From Escherichia phage iGC_PHA_EC001, in the sequence record OR437326.1: a stretch of DNA of 64,000 nucleotides. The stretch is one strand, 5' to 3'. The first letter of the stretch is position 1. Every line of letters begins with the position of its first letter. Shown one piece after another: positions 16,649 through 26,987 of the stretch. The notes below the pieces were generated by a model. It searched no databases, was not told the origin of the DNA, and saw nothing but the letters and a program-made list of their open reading frames with translations. The position numbers were made by a program, and so were the translations under genes.

Positions 16649-19600
16649 TCAATGACATGTGGCCCAAGAGTTACCCACATCATATCCGGCAGTAAGCTGA
16701 ACGTTAAGATTGTAAAATTCTCCAGCCTTAGTAACAGCTAAAGCAGCAAGTTCTCCTGCCCGACTATAAGCTGTAAACCATCCACCTTTGGGAGATTCAT
16801 GAATGTTAGCCCAAATTTGTCCCGTTTCTTTTTCCTTATTATGCTTCCATTCTTCAACTTTAGCAAGGCATTCTTTATCAATTTTCTTTTGTTCTTCGGG
16901 ATCGTCTACTTTCTTCCAACCTAATGATTCAGGTGAAAACCATTTAAATTCTACAAGGTTACGAGAAACTTCAAGCTGGGCTTCATCGTGATATGCAATC
17001 ATTTGTTGCACGAAATCTTTATTCTTCCAGTCATCTTTAAAGAAGTCAACACTTAGTCCTTCTTCTTCGATCATGTCGTCATAAATAACCATTGCACGTT
17101 TAGCACAGATAACCCCACCACTTTGGAACAGAGAGTTAAGAATCGCGTGAGCAGAACGAGTAGGAACCTTACGACCGTCAATACCCAAAACATATTGTTT
17201 ACCAGTCTTAACCCAAAAATCGTTTAAACGTTCTTTAAGACGCGCCAATGGGAATGCAGCTTCCCAGAAAGCATCAAACACCAATTGACCTGTAAACTTA
17301 TCGCTACCAATTGTTTTAGCAACCTTGTCGGCTTGTGCACCATAGGTAATACCATACTTAACAGATTTAGCAGGACTACGTTCAAATTTACGTCCAATAG
17401 TTTCAGTAATACGTTTTGCCATCATTGTGTGAACATCATTAGGTTTCTCTAACAACAGAGCGTTACAATACTCGTGTGGCTCCGGCTCGTACCGCCAACA
17501 GTTTCCTGTGATGGTAATGCAGTCTTTCTGACGCATGACCCACGTACCAAGTTCTGTTTGTGGACACCAAACATCCTCTACACCCCACTCTTCAATAGTC
17601 AAACTTTGAACAGGAATGTGAGAGCGGTTAGTCAATGTTGCCACTTTTACTTTCTGCTCTTTTGTATTGAAAGCTACAGAGATATTGCCTCCATGCACCA
17701 GGTACGAGGCAGTTAAAGCTGCTTCAAAAAGTTCACCTGGGTTCTGCGCCCAACGCCAAACAGGTTTTTGTTTATGTTCGTGCCAGTAACCATCTGCAAT
17801 CAAGAAACCTTCCAAGAAAGCTACACGCTCGGCATGAGACATATTAACTACACGTTCTACCCACGGAACATCCCATTTACCTTGTTGAACAGAAGTTAAA
17901 CTATTTACCTGATCTTGTTCCATGTTAAATGGAGCATTACAAATAATGTTATCTCCTGTGCAAAGCTCGGCAGTTGTTCTGACTTTAGGCACATAAGTAT
18001 TCCCTTTACTACGGGTATTAACATACCAACGGTGATCTGCTGTTGCACGGTAAGTGTGTGATTTCCCTTTAATCTCAAACGTCTTACTATTTTTATAGAA
18101 GACCTTACCTTTTACTTTAGTCCATTCTTTCAGACCTGTTTCAGCATTGTACCCTAAAATCTCATCCCCTTCCTTCAGGTCGTGATATCCTACCCAACCT
18201 TTACGAGTCAAAGCTTGAGCATCCATCGGCACACAGTAGTGTGATTCAATTTTTGCTTCCAAAGAGTCGAAGTCGTAGCCGATCTGGAAGTATTTAGGAA
18301 CCTCTACACCAAACAAGTTACGCATCTCCCACCCAAACAAAGATGTGACACGAGGAATATTAGCTACAGATCTATGCTTCATACGAGAGGTTGCAGCATC
18401 ACATGTAGCGGCTGGGGTAGGAATACGCCCATCCGCCCTTACTGCGGCTAAGAAACCTTTATCGTATTCTTGATCTTCTTCATCTTCTTCCCAATCAGCA
18501 CCGCCACCTAAAATAGAGTTCCTACGATGCTTATACGTTAAGTATTCTACAATCTGTGTAGCATAAGGAAACTTCTCACTCAAAGCTTGCAGGTTAGGAC
18601 AAATTTCTTTTTCCTGACCTTTGGTAAAACACGGGTTAGTCAATACTTTAAGACCGCGACCTTTACCTTTTGCTATACGCTCTTGAATCTTCCTTTCCAG
18701 GGTTTCCGGTGTGCACTCCAGATGATCACAACGATCCTGACAAAAATTAGAAGATAGAGTTTGCTCAACGTAAGCTCGGATACCTTTCTGAAGTTCTTCC
18801 TCGCTCTTTTTAATCTTGGTGCCAGATTTAAGAGTCAAGTCTTTATCTTTATATTCAGACGGTACCCAACCTAATCCTACAAGCCAGTTTTTAATATGGG
18901 TTGTATCGTTTAATGTTGCAGGAATGTTAGGATCACATAGAGGTTCATCTGCTGCAACTGGCAGTTTCCACTCTTTCCCCAACATAACTAACCACCAATC
19001 GCCATCCCTCTCTTCCAAATGACCATCATGTTTCTTAGCAAAATTGATCATATGGTTAGTTGGCTCTAAGTTCTTTTTAATTTGCAACTTAGGTGGAATA
19101 AAAGCCTTAAGATAACCTTTTGTTGCTGGTTTAGGTGGCAAAATAGGCTCAACGAGTAAACGAAGACGCTCCATTTCTGCATCCAAAAAAGCAAGGTTCT
19201 CTTCTGCTTGTTTCATGTTAAAAGCAAACCCACGGTGTTCCTGGCGTGTAATAATGTCTGCTACACGTTGTTCAAGTTCAAATGGACCTTCCCATTTATC
19301 ATAATCACCCCATTCTTCCATAAGGTAATTATATACACTTGTATTGGCTTTGTTGTCATAGATACAGTAATAAAGCATATCCGCAGCAAAAGTCTTAAAT
19401 CGATCTTCTTCTGGAATCTCTTTACGGAAATCTATTTTTACATCACCACCTGCTTTTCGAGAAAGTGCTGCCAAACTATGTCCTGATTTGCCCTCAATCT
19501 TTCGATCTGGGTTTAACACTTTACTCAAAATCAAGGAGTCAATAAGTTTTACCTTATTTTTGCCCCACGTATTATATTTAACACTGTAATCTAATCCATA

Positions 19601-19981
19601 AAACAGTTTTGTAGCCAACCAGTCGTAGTTGATACCGTTGTGAGCCACAGCCATTTCAACCAGATATTCAGGCTTGTCTTTAAAATAACCTTCATGATTA
19701 ATAAAATCTGGGAAATCTTTTAGTTGAAAATGTGTGTAATCTTGCGCCACATACTCTTTAAGAACATATGTGTATTTACCATCTGACTCTTCATAAGGAC
19801 GCCCATCAAAGATGTATTTAGGGCCATCGTGGAAAGCTACTATTTCTCCTGTTTCATGGTTCTCTAAGACAATACAGTGCATTTGAAATGTGTCTTTGAG
19901 ACGATAAGGACTAGCTAAATAATCAATAGTGTCATTATTCAACAATCCGTTTGCTTCAATATCCCATGTAAACTTACTCAC
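16649..19981 (-). CDS. DNA polymerase, family A, with 3'-5' exonuclease domain and an intein insertion
   Basis: Exo I WDIEANGL, Exo II HNGINYDWL, Exo III YYCIYDN; motif A DFDSLEAKIESHY; motif B RSPAKSVKYGITYG; about 245 extra aa between motifs A and B. Confidence 0.85.
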   Translation of the reverse strand: MSKFTWDIEANGLLNNDTIDYLASPYRLKDTFQMHCIVLENHETGEIVAFHDGPKYIFDGRPYEESDGKYTYVLKEYVAQDYTHFQLKDFPDFINHEGYFKDKPEYLVEMAVAHNGINYDWLATKLFYGLDYSVKYNTWGKNKVKLIDSLILSKVLNPDRKIEGKSGHSLAALSRKAGGDVKIDFRKEIPEEDRFKTFAADMLYYCIYDNKANTSVYNYLMEEWGDYDKWEGPFELEQRVADIITRQEHRGFAFNMKQAEENLAFLDAEMERLRLLVEPILPPKPATKGYLKAFIPPKLQIKKNLEPTNHMINFAKKHDGHLEERDGDWWLVMLGKEWKLPVAADEPLCDPNIPATLNDTTHIKNWLVGLGWVPSEYKDKDLTLKSGTKIKKSEEELQKGIRAYVEQTLSSNFCQDRCDHLECTPETLERKIQERIAKGKGRGLKVLTNPCFTKGQEKEICPNLQALSEKFPYATQIVEYLTYKHRRNSILGGGADWEEDEEDQEYDKGFLAAVRADGRIPTPAATCDAATSRMKHRSVANIPRVTSLFGWEMRNLFGVEVPKYFQIGYDFDSLEAKIESHYCVPMDAQALTRKGWVGYHDLKEGDEILGYNAETGLKEWTKVKGKVFYKNSKTFEIKGKSHTYRATADHRWYVNTRSKGNTYVPKVRTTAELCTGDNIICNAPFNMEQDQVNSLTSVQQGKWDVPWVERVVNMSHAERVAFLEGFLIADGYWHEHKQKPVWRWAQNPGELFEAALTASYLVHGGNISVAFNTKEQKVKVATLTNRSHIPVQSLTIEEWGVEDVWCPQTELGTWVMRQKDCITITGNCWRYEPEPHEYCNALLLEKPNDVHTMMAKRITETIGRKFERSPAKSVKYGITYGAQADKVAKTIGSDKFTGQLVFDAFWEAAFPLARLKERLNDFWVKTGKQYVLGIDGRKVPTRSAHAILNSLFQSGGVICAKRAMVIYDDMIEEEGLSVDFFKDDWKNKDFVQQMIAYHDEAQLEVSRNLVEFKWFSPESLGWKKVDDPEEQKKIDKECLAKVEEWKHNKEKETGQIWANIHESPKGGWFTAYSRAGELAALAVTKAGEFYNLNVQLTAGYDVGNSWATCH
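17501..18235 (-). mobile_element. Intein with LAGLIDADG homing-endonuclease domain, inside the DNA polymerase
   Basis: Starts at Cys583 right after motif A (CVPMDAQAL, then GDEIL); block B TADHRW; AELCTGDNII; LAGLIDADG-like FLEGFLIADGYW; ends ITGN followed by Cys (aa 583-827). Confidence 0.55.
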
Positions 19982-20775
19982 TATTCCTCCTTTCTAATGT
20001 TCTCCAGAACCCACTGAAGTTCTTTTAAACTTAAACTTCTTACTCCCGCAGTTTTACTAGCTTCAGCTTTAAGTAACGGGTAAGCCTCAATGATACGCGT
20101 TTTAAGATCAGAAGTCAAGGCTTTTAAAAAGTAGGTAGATGCTTCAGATAAAGAATCTTCTTCTGATAACACTTTACCTGCACTTGCTCCCGCTCTCCTA
20201 ACGGCTATATCGTAGTCTTTACTGTTACCTAATACGAACAGTTGATTCTCTCCTAAAACAACGGGAGAACGCTTCTCGTTGCGTTTAATCCATATCTGGA
20301 ATACACAAGGAACATCCCAAGGTTCTCCATGAAGAATAAAAGATCCTTTTGGACATTCTTCTTCGTAAAGAAGATGCATGTGGGGATTTAGTTTGTGTGC
20401 AAAAAAGATTTTTTGAAATGTGCGAGGCAAGATAAAACAAATACCACCTTCGTTATCCAACATTTCAGCACAATGGTTAAAGAACTTAATGGCAAGACTA
20501 GCATTTTTTCCAAACGGAGGATTACCGACAAAAGCAGTTACACTACCAACAGACTCAACAGATTGAGCTAAAAAATCTGCCTCAATACAATCTTCAAACT
20601 TAGGGTCAATATCAAAAGAAGTTATGTTTTTAAAACAAGAAGAGAAAGCCCCTTCTCCCGCAGATGGTTCTACGTAGTTAGCTTCCTCTCCAAAAATTTC
20701 TTTGATCTTATCACATAAGAACCCCGCATAAGCGGGGTTAGTGTAATATTGATCAAGTGTGTTCAACTTGCTCAA
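19981..20775 (-). CDS. DNA N6-adenine methyltransferase
   Basis: DQYYTNP, SAM-binding VEPSAGEGAF, catalytic GNPPFG (NPPF). Confidence 0.7.
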   Translation of the reverse strand: MSKLNTLDQYYTNPAYAGFLCDKIKEIFGEEANYVEPSAGEGAFSSCFKNITSFDIDPKFEDCIEADFLAQSVESVGSVTAFVGNPPFGKNASLAIKFFNHCAEMLDNEGGICFILPRTFQKIFFAHKLNPHMHLLYEEECPKGSFILHGEPWDVPCVFQIWIKRNEKRSPVVLGENQLFVLGNSKDYDIAVRRAGASAGKVLSEEDSLSEASTYFLKALTSDLKTRIIEAYPLLKAEASKTAGVRSLSLKELQWVLENIRKEE

Positions 20776-20784
20776 TAGTCCTCC

Positions 20785-21216
20785 TTAGTTGTTAGCGAAC
20801 TCAATAGTGAGGTCAACTTTACCATCGTCAGAAATAACCATGTTTTTGGTATTTTTAAAGATGATATCTACTTTACCTTCACTTACACGACAGAATGCAA
20901 CACCATCTGCAACTTTATCGATATAATATTTGTAAGAAAGAATACCCACTTTACTACGACCAGCACCTTTTGTGAAAGAAGGGTTTACATCGAAACGGAA
21001 ACCTTTAGAAGAAACAACACGGTAAGAACGTCCAGTTGGAAGATGTTCAATAACAGAGACATTATTCTCAACAACTTTTACAGCAAACTCTTCAGGATGA
21101 TCCTCAACAATCACATGTGGGATGGCAAATGCCAACGCTTGTTTGTGTTTAATAACACCAGCACCCAGAGCACCAGCAGCTTTAACTTTTGCATTCAGAT
21201 CGATTGTCATACGCAT
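20785..21216 (-). CDS. Hypothetical protein
   Basis: 143-aa ORF between methyltransferase and primase-helicase. Confidence 0.35.
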   Translation of the reverse strand: MRMTIDLNAKVKAAGALGAGVIKHKQALAFAIPHVIVEDHPEEFAVKVVENNVSVIEHLPTGRSYRVVSSKGFRFDVNPSFTKGAGRSKVGILSYKYYIDKVADGVAFCRVSEGKVDIIFKNTKNMVISDDGKVDLTIEFANN

Positions 21217-21308
21217 TTTTACTTCTCCTCTTGTTTGGTTGATGAGACAAGTATAAGTCCCTTCCGTAAAGTTGTCAACAGGTATTTTTAATAAAAGGGC
21301 CGAAGCCC

Positions 21309-23087
21309 TTAATAGTTGCTATCCGTAGGCAAATTAGCAGGATTGTTGAAATACTGCTCTTTGTCATGCAGAGTTGCAGTTCTAATGTCATAGTAAAACT
21401 GCCCTGCCGGACCAGTTTCCGAGAACTCACGGTTTTTTAGGATAAAGCAATGAGTCGTATTGCGTTCTACAGGGTCTTCAGCGGCTTTATCTCGTTCCAA
21501 AGCTAAGGTAATACCAGCACCTTTAGCCAAGAAACTACTACCCATTGCATCGTCCTCTGTTAAGTGTTCATTGCCACCATTAGCCGATTTCTTAACGTGC
21601 GAGATGACGATAATAGTTATAGCATACTCTTTCATGATGCGCTTCAACCATGTTGCTAACTCTTCCTGGGCTTGAACATCCATACCAGAAAGCAAATCAG
21701 AATAAGGGTCGATAACAAGAATTGTTACTCCAAAATAGATGATCATCTCCAAAACTTTTTCTTTGATAGACTCCACATCTGCTCCACGATCATCACACAC
21801 ATAAAAACGTGGTGATCCATCTTCTCTTTCGTAAAAATCTAGGATTTTTTCTTTATTCTCTTCCAAGATTTGAAATTTCTCTTCCGGTGTTTTCCTGTGT
21901 AGAGGAATATGCAGGAACGAGGACAACAGGTTACGAGAATATTTCTTATAAGTTGCTTCCAAGGACAGAATACCTAGGGTATGTTCTGGGTGCGCAACAA
22001 TAATATGTTTGGTGATCTCGTTCACCATCAAAGTTTTACCGATACTGGTCTTTGCCAGGATGACTGTAATCTCTTCCTCTACTAAACCACCACCCAGCAT
22101 ATTTGCAGCAACACGCATAAAAGGAGGCAAGGTAATCATCTTGGATTCCAAGCATTCTAATGCAGCTTCATACAAGACATTAGAAGCATAAACACCTGCT
22201 GGGGTGTATAGACGAGCACTCCAAAAAGCTTTTACGAAATCTTTTGCACGACCTTCTTCCAGATACTGATTGGCATCCTTAAGATCCATCTGCATACGGT
22301 AGACTTTGTTACGAGGTAGCACCTTAACAATATTTTCAAATGCCTCATTACCTGCTTTGTCATTATCCATGCAAACAATAATCTTCTTAAATTTTTCAAA
22401 GAAAGGATATTGTGCCTGAACTTGTTTATACATACTGGTTTCACCAGTTGTGCCACTAACTACTGCTGGAAGTTCATATTTGTTGTCCAAGTTTTCAGAC
22501 AGCATTTGATAAGCTGCCAGAGCATCGTGTTCACCACCTGTAATTACCACAGTATGAGAACGGTCTGCAAAACGAATTTGTCCAAAAAGATCTACATCTT
22601 TACCTACTTGACCAATAGGTTTACTGAAATCTTTAGGATGAATACGACGCTTAAAACCAACCAATTCTTTACCGATGGTAGTTGGATATAAACAACTTTC
22701 TACTACCATCTGATCCCCTTCCTGACGGTATTCATAACGCACACCATAGAAAGATGAAACTTTTTCTTTAATGCCTCGATAACCACGTGGGTTGGTTGAT
22801 GTTTCTTGAACAATTTTACGATGAATCTGTTTATTAAATTCCGAACCCACAATCTCCTCCTCTTCTTCTAAAACTTCACCATTTTCTCGTAACCATTCTA
22901 CGCTAGGAATAGTGTATTCACACGCAAAGCACTTAGCACCTTTATGCTCTCCATTAGAATCTAATCCATAAACCATCAGGTTATTACGAGAGCGATCCTT
23001 GCCATTTTTCATGCAGCGCGGACAACCTGTATGCCCTTCCTTGCTAAGATCAACATCAAATCCATATTTAGTTATAATGTGCGACAC
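21309..23087 (-). CDS. Bifunctional DNA primase/helicase (T7 gp4-like)
   Basis: N-terminal Cys4 zinc ribbon (CPRC..CFAC); C-terminal helicase P-loop ILAKTSIGKT; 592 aa. Confidence 0.8.
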   Translation of the reverse strand: MSHIITKYGFDVDLSKEGHTGCPRCMKNGKDRSRNNLMVYGLDSNGEHKGAKCFACEYTIPSVEWLRENGEVLEEEEEIVGSEFNKQIHRKIVQETSTNPRGYRGIKEKVSSFYGVRYEYRQEGDQMVVESCLYPTTIGKELVGFKRRIHPKDFSKPIGQVGKDVDLFGQIRFADRSHTVVITGGEHDALAAYQMLSENLDNKYELPAVVSGTTGETSMYKQVQAQYPFFEKFKKIIVCMDNDKAGNEAFENIVKVLPRNKVYRMQMDLKDANQYLEEGRAKDFVKAFWSARLYTPAGVYASNVLYEAALECLESKMITLPPFMRVAANMLGGGLVEEEITVILAKTSIGKTLMVNEITKHIIVAHPEHTLGILSLEATYKKYSRNLLSSFLHIPLHRKTPEEKFQILEENKEKILDFYEREDGSPRFYVCDDRGADVESIKEKVLEMIIYFGVTILVIDPYSDLLSGMDVQAQEELATWLKRIMKEYAITIIVISHVKKSANGGNEHLTEDDAMGSSFLAKGAGITLALERDKAAEDPVERNTTHCFILKNREFSETGPAGQFYYDIRTATLHDKEQYFNNPANLPTDSNY

Positions 23088-23099
23088 TTTGTTCTCCTG

Positions 23100-23378
23100 T
23101 TAAAATGGTTCGTTAGTCTCCATCATATATTCTGCTTCTAGTTCTTCCATATGCTTTCTAAATTGGAAAGCAATTTCTGCTACAGTTACATTTAAATCTT
23201 TTTCAAAAACTTCTGTAGAGCCTTCATAAAAACGAATACCGTCAATTAAAAGCCCTCCGTGGTAATCCCAATCACTTTCACGAGAAAGCGGGTTAGGCTC
23301 TTCATAATAGTAATCCACCTCCACAACTAAGGCTTTCCCGTTACGAGTGGTGTATTCAAAATCAAAAGTGTTAATCAT
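23100..23378 (-). CDS. Hypothetical protein
   Basis: 92-aa ORF abutting neighbours. Confidence 0.3.
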   Translation of the reverse strand: MINTFDFEYTTRNGKALVVEVDYYYEEPNPLSRESDWDYHGGLLIDGIRFYEGSTEVFEKDLNVTVAEIAFQFRKHMEELEAEYMMETNEPF

Positions 23379-24322
23379 TATAGCTCCTCAAATAAAAGTC
23401 TACGACGCTCATTCAACACATCAATGTGATAATGAGTCCTGACATACTTAGCTAATGCTAATCCTTTCTCCATGCAAACATCGGGAGCACTTAATAAGTA
23501 TTCCGTAATATCTTTCCACTCGGAAGGTGTTTCAGCAAAGAATAACAAATCTTTAAACTCTTGTGGATGATAATTCTCACGAGGAGAACAGATCAAAGGT
23601 AAACCCTTAGCACCTGCCTCAAGAATTTTAAGATTGCTTTTTGCATTATTAAACACGTTATCAATCAATGGCGCAAGACTGATTTGATGACCATCGTAAG
23701 ATTCCATGTAGTTGGCATATGGTCTTACACCTTCATAAACACAAGTTGGTGCTACATTTTCTCTGATCACAGACCATTCACGACTACTTAAAACTTCAGA
23801 ATCCCTACGAAAACCACATATTGTAAGATCTTTACCAAAATCGGGCAAGATAGCCAAATCTTGTTTATGTGTTTCACTTCCAGCCCAGACTAATGGAGTT
23901 TTGGAGTAGCGATCACGGGTCAACACAAATTGACCTTCATCGTAAGGAAGTCCATTAGGGATTATGTGCACATTATCATTGTATTGTGAAAGTTCAACTT
24001 GCAAAGCAGGTGTCGTAGTTGTAACAAGATCGCTGTGCTCTAAAAACCATTTTAAATGTTCACGAATACCTGATTCAAAAATACCTTCTAGCATGTGTCC
24101 TTTTGGAATAACTAAAGAGTCATCCAAATCCATAACCATTTTAAAACCTAGGTTTTTAAGGGCTAAAAAGCCCTCTTTACCTTTTGTTGGCACCCCGTTA
24201 AAAACGAAAACGTTGTGTTTAGGTTGTGAAGAGAACTGCCTTGAGTAAGGCAGCACTACCCTATGGAAATCGCAGACACTATAATTGATTCCGTTACGAT
24301 TGTCAAGAATTATTTGTCCCAT
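23378..24322 (-). CDS. Glycosyltransferase, GT-B fold (GT4-like)
   Basis: C-terminal NLKILEAGAKGLPLICS resembles the GT4 E-x-F-G..LEAMA-x-G-x-P-VI motif; paralog of the next gene. Confidence 0.45.
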   Translation of the reverse strand: MGQIILDNRNGINYSVCDFHRVVLPYSRQFSSQPKHNVFVFNGVPTKGKEGFLALKNLGFKMVMDLDDSLVIPKGHMLEGIFESGIREHLKWFLEHSDLVTTTTPALQVELSQYNDNVHIIPNGLPYDEGQFVLTRDRYSKTPLVWAGSETHKQDLAILPDFGKDLTICGFRRDSEVLSSREWSVIRENVAPTCVYEGVRPYANYMESYDGHQISLAPLIDNVFNNAKSNLKILEAGAKGLPLICSPRENYHPQEFKDLLFFAETPSEWKDITEYLLSAPDVCMEKGLALAKYVRTHYHIDVLNERRRLLFEEL

Positions 24323-24329
24323 ACTTCAC

Positions 24330-25277
24330 CTACAAACTTTCAATAACCTGGCGTCGCAACTCGTTTGCATCTGCCAGATTATAATGTGTTCGAACATGTT
24401 CAGCCAAGAACAAGCCACGATCTTCCCGATAGTTTGGATTGCGAAGAAGCTTAACAATTTCGTAATGCCATTCTGCTTTATTCTCTGCGTAAGCAACAGC
24501 GCGAGCATCTACAGGGTTAAAATAAGGTAATACCTTAGAACAAACAATTGGAATACCTTTTGCTCCAGCTTCCAGGATTTTGAGATTACTTTTACAATTA
24601 TTAAAATCGTTATCTACCAAAGGAGCTATAGCAATAGCATGACTTTCGTAAACACTCATGTAATTATCTAAATCTTTTACAGCGGCTTTATATTTGGCAT
24701 TTGGTAAATTTCTGCGAATCTTAATCCACTCTTGTCCCGTGATGCTTTGTGATGCTTCATATCCCGCAATAGTAAGAAGTTCATCATCGAAAGTATTAGA
24801 GACTAATCGTAAATCTGGTTCGTGACTAGCACCGCCAGCCCATACAACAGGGGTACCGGATGAACGATCATTTGACAAAGTGAATTGTCCGCTATCAAAA
24901 GGAAGTGCATTTCGGATCACAACGACATTTCTATTTAAGTGACGGATCTTATATGCCAAATATTCTGTAGTCACAATAACCACATCAGCAAGCTTAACCA
25001 TAGCTACAATAGCATGAGTGTTTGACTCGTATAGACTTGCTAAATAATGCTCTGGATTAAGTTGGTAAAAATCATCTAAATCTACAACAACCTTAACACC
25101 TTGACGTTTCAAAGATAAAACGTATTCTGCACCTTTAGAGTGGATACGGTTAAACACAACAATATCTTTCTTAGGTTGAAAATTATTGTTGTTAAATGGC
25201 ATAACAATACGATGATAGTCACAACCGCTATGAGGTTTTGCATCAATTTTTAGTTTAGACCATTTTTTATTTGACAT
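24330..25277 (-). CDS. Glycosyltransferase, GT-B fold (paralog of 23378..24322)
   Basis: NLKILEAGAKGIPIVCS; alignable with neighbour; start set at ATG 25277 (AGGAGG upstream) rather than overlapping 25316. Confidence 0.45.
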   Translation of the reverse strand: MSNKKWSKLKIDAKPHSGCDYHRIVMPFNNNNFQPKKDIVVFNRIHSKGAEYVLSLKRQGVKVVVDLDDFYQLNPEHYLASLYESNTHAIVAMVKLADVVIVTTEYLAYKIRHLNRNVVVIRNALPFDSGQFTLSNDRSSGTPVVWAGGASHEPDLRLVSNTFDDELLTIAGYEASQSITGQEWIKIRRNLPNAKYKAAVKDLDNYMSVYESHAIAIAPLVDNDFNNCKSNLKILEAGAKGIPIVCSKVLPYFNPVDARAVAYAENKAEWHYEIVKLLRNPNYREDRGLFLAEHVRTHYNLADANELRRQVIESL

Positions 25278-25950
25278 GTGCCAGTGCCTCCTCATAGGAA
25301 ATTCGGATTTTCCCATTTTTAATATCCTCTAAAGATGCTTTATATTCTTCCCAGTTAATCCCGATAGCAGCTTCTTTCTCTTCTTTTGTCAGATTAGCAA
25401 AAGGCATAGGGTTGTTTCCAAAAACATCGTCTGGGTGGATATAAGCCATGATACGAAGTGGACAAGGTGTTGCCTGAATACCATGATTCAAACCAGCAGC
25501 TTGCAAACGGTGTCCCCATTCAGCATCTTCAAAACCATAGCCGTGAGTGTAAGGACGGAAATAACCCATCTTCTCAACAACGGCACGAGAATACATTGCA
25601 AATTGACACATTGCAAGTTCCCAGAGAATAACTTCTCCTTTGCTTCCAACAACTTTATCTTTGAAATACTCCGGCATACCAAAGAAATCCCATCCTCCAG
25701 AGACAGCTTGATCTACAAAGTATGTTTCCCATCCCTCCATGACTGGGTAGCAATCGTCGTCAAAAATAAACCAATAATCATAACCTTCTTCATAAAACTG
25801 GTGCATAAGTTCATTCCTGGCATAAGCTACACCTTTACGATCTGGATCGTTGAATACTCGAAAATCTGCACGTGGATCTGTTACAAGGTAGTCTTTAAGT
25901 GGACGGACACCTACAGTGATAACACCCACTCCAATTTTAATATTTTCCAT
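25267..25950 (-). CDS. Glycosyltransferase-like protein (GT-A/DxD type)
   Basis: GVAYARNELM and FDDDCYP acidic motif; YGFEDAEWGHR. Confidence 0.35.
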   Translation of the reverse strand: MENIKIGVGVITVGVRPLKDYLVTDPRADFRVFNDPDRKGVAYARNELMHQFYEEGYDYWFIFDDDCYPVMEGWETYFVDQAVSGGWDFFGMPEYFKDKVVGSKGEVILWELAMCQFAMYSRAVVEKMGYFRPYTHGYGFEDAEWGHRLQAAGLNHGIQATPCPLRIMAYIHPDDVFGNNPMPFANLTKEEKEAAIGINWEEYKASLEDIKNGKIRISYEEALAHVK

Positions 25951-25958
25951 TTTCTCTC

Positions 25959-26522
25959 CTAAATAGTTTTACTGTGATCATGACAGTGTAATAAATGATG
26001 TATAGACCGTTGAGGATTTGTTTGACCTAATCTGTAAATGTGAAACAGATACATTCCCCGCATCAATCCTAACCTCTTTCCTTTTTCATGTAAAGTGCGA
26101 GAGAAAATTAAGTCGAATTGGATAGATTTTTCTTCGAAAGGAATTTCATTCCACAATGATTTTCTAAAAAGCAAGAAGAAACCTGCCAGAGGTGTTCCGA
26201 AAGGAACTTCTTCAACACTCACTTTATGATATTCTCTTGCAATCTTAGCATATTCTATATGGTTTAGAATATCTGGATCATCATTAATTTGGTTAGAGAA
26301 AAGCTGATAACCACTGCCTAACCTGTTACAAGTTGCACCTATTACATCAAAAGGCGGGTTTGACATAACAAGCTCTTCAAGCATAGATGGTTGATCAGGT
26401 AGGAGGAACATTGTATCGGTATCTCTTAAACACACCCAACTATCATCTGGAAGAACGGCAATGGCTTCATTGATAGCCTTGCCGATATTTCCTGTCAGAT
26501 AGGGAGTAATATAATAAATCAT
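25959..26522 (-). CDS. Glycosyltransferase-like protein (tentative)
   Basis: CLRDTDTMFL acidic D-x-D-like motif; fourth member of the contiguous cluster. Confidence 0.25.
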   Translation of the reverse strand: MIYYITPYLTGNIGKAINEAIAVLPDDSWVCLRDTDTMFLLPDQPSMLEELVMSNPPFDVIGATCNRLGSGYQLFSNQINDDPDILNHIEYAKIAREYHKVSVEEVPFGTPLAGFFLLFRKSLWNEIPFEEKSIQFDLIFSRTLHEKGKRLGLMRGMYLFHIYRLGQTNPQRSIHHLLHCHDHSKTI

Positions 26523-26539
26523 TCTCCCCCTCCGTTATA

Positions 26540-26731
26540 TTAACTGTCAGCTACAATCCCACGTTTAATCATTTCTTGTTGAATCTGGATCACACGATCT
26601 CGTGCTTCCATATATTCTTTAAAAGATTCTTGGAGATGGTCACGGGCTACGTCCCGTAGTTTAATCAGTTTGTCGTTTGTCACTTCTTGAAGAGAGATCT
26701 CGCCAGTTTCATTGGTCCCAAGCGTTTTCAT
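26540..26731 (-). CDS. Hypothetical small protein
   Basis: 63-aa ORF in operon context. Confidence 0.25.
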   Translation of the reverse strand: MKTLGTNETGEISLQEVTNDKLIKLRDVARDHLQESFKEYMEARDRVIQIQQEMIKRGIVADS

Positions 26732-26987
26732 TTACAACCTCCTTAATAGCTACTGCACAGTTCTTACAAATACATTGACCTTTGTTCTTAGAAATTTCAA
26801 TGTAAGGTTCATTTTCGTTTTCTCCGCGTCGTGAGTCGTATATTACTGTATTGAAGCAGACAACGCAAATGTTTTTAATAACGACATATTTTTGCACTTT
26901 CTGTTTAGTGCGAAAATTGACTTCAATGACTTCTCCCATCAATGAATCTCCCCTAAAATGTTGTTTTGAGACATTACTGCGGAGCAT
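26709..26987 (-). CDS. Hypothetical Cys-rich small protein
   Basis: CVVCF..x..CICKNC pattern. Confidence 0.3.
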   Translation of the reverse strand: MLRSNVSKQHFRGDSLMGEVIEVNFRTKQKVQKYVVIKNICVVCFNTVIYDSRRGENENEPYIEISKNKGQCICKNCAVAIKEVVNENAWDQ

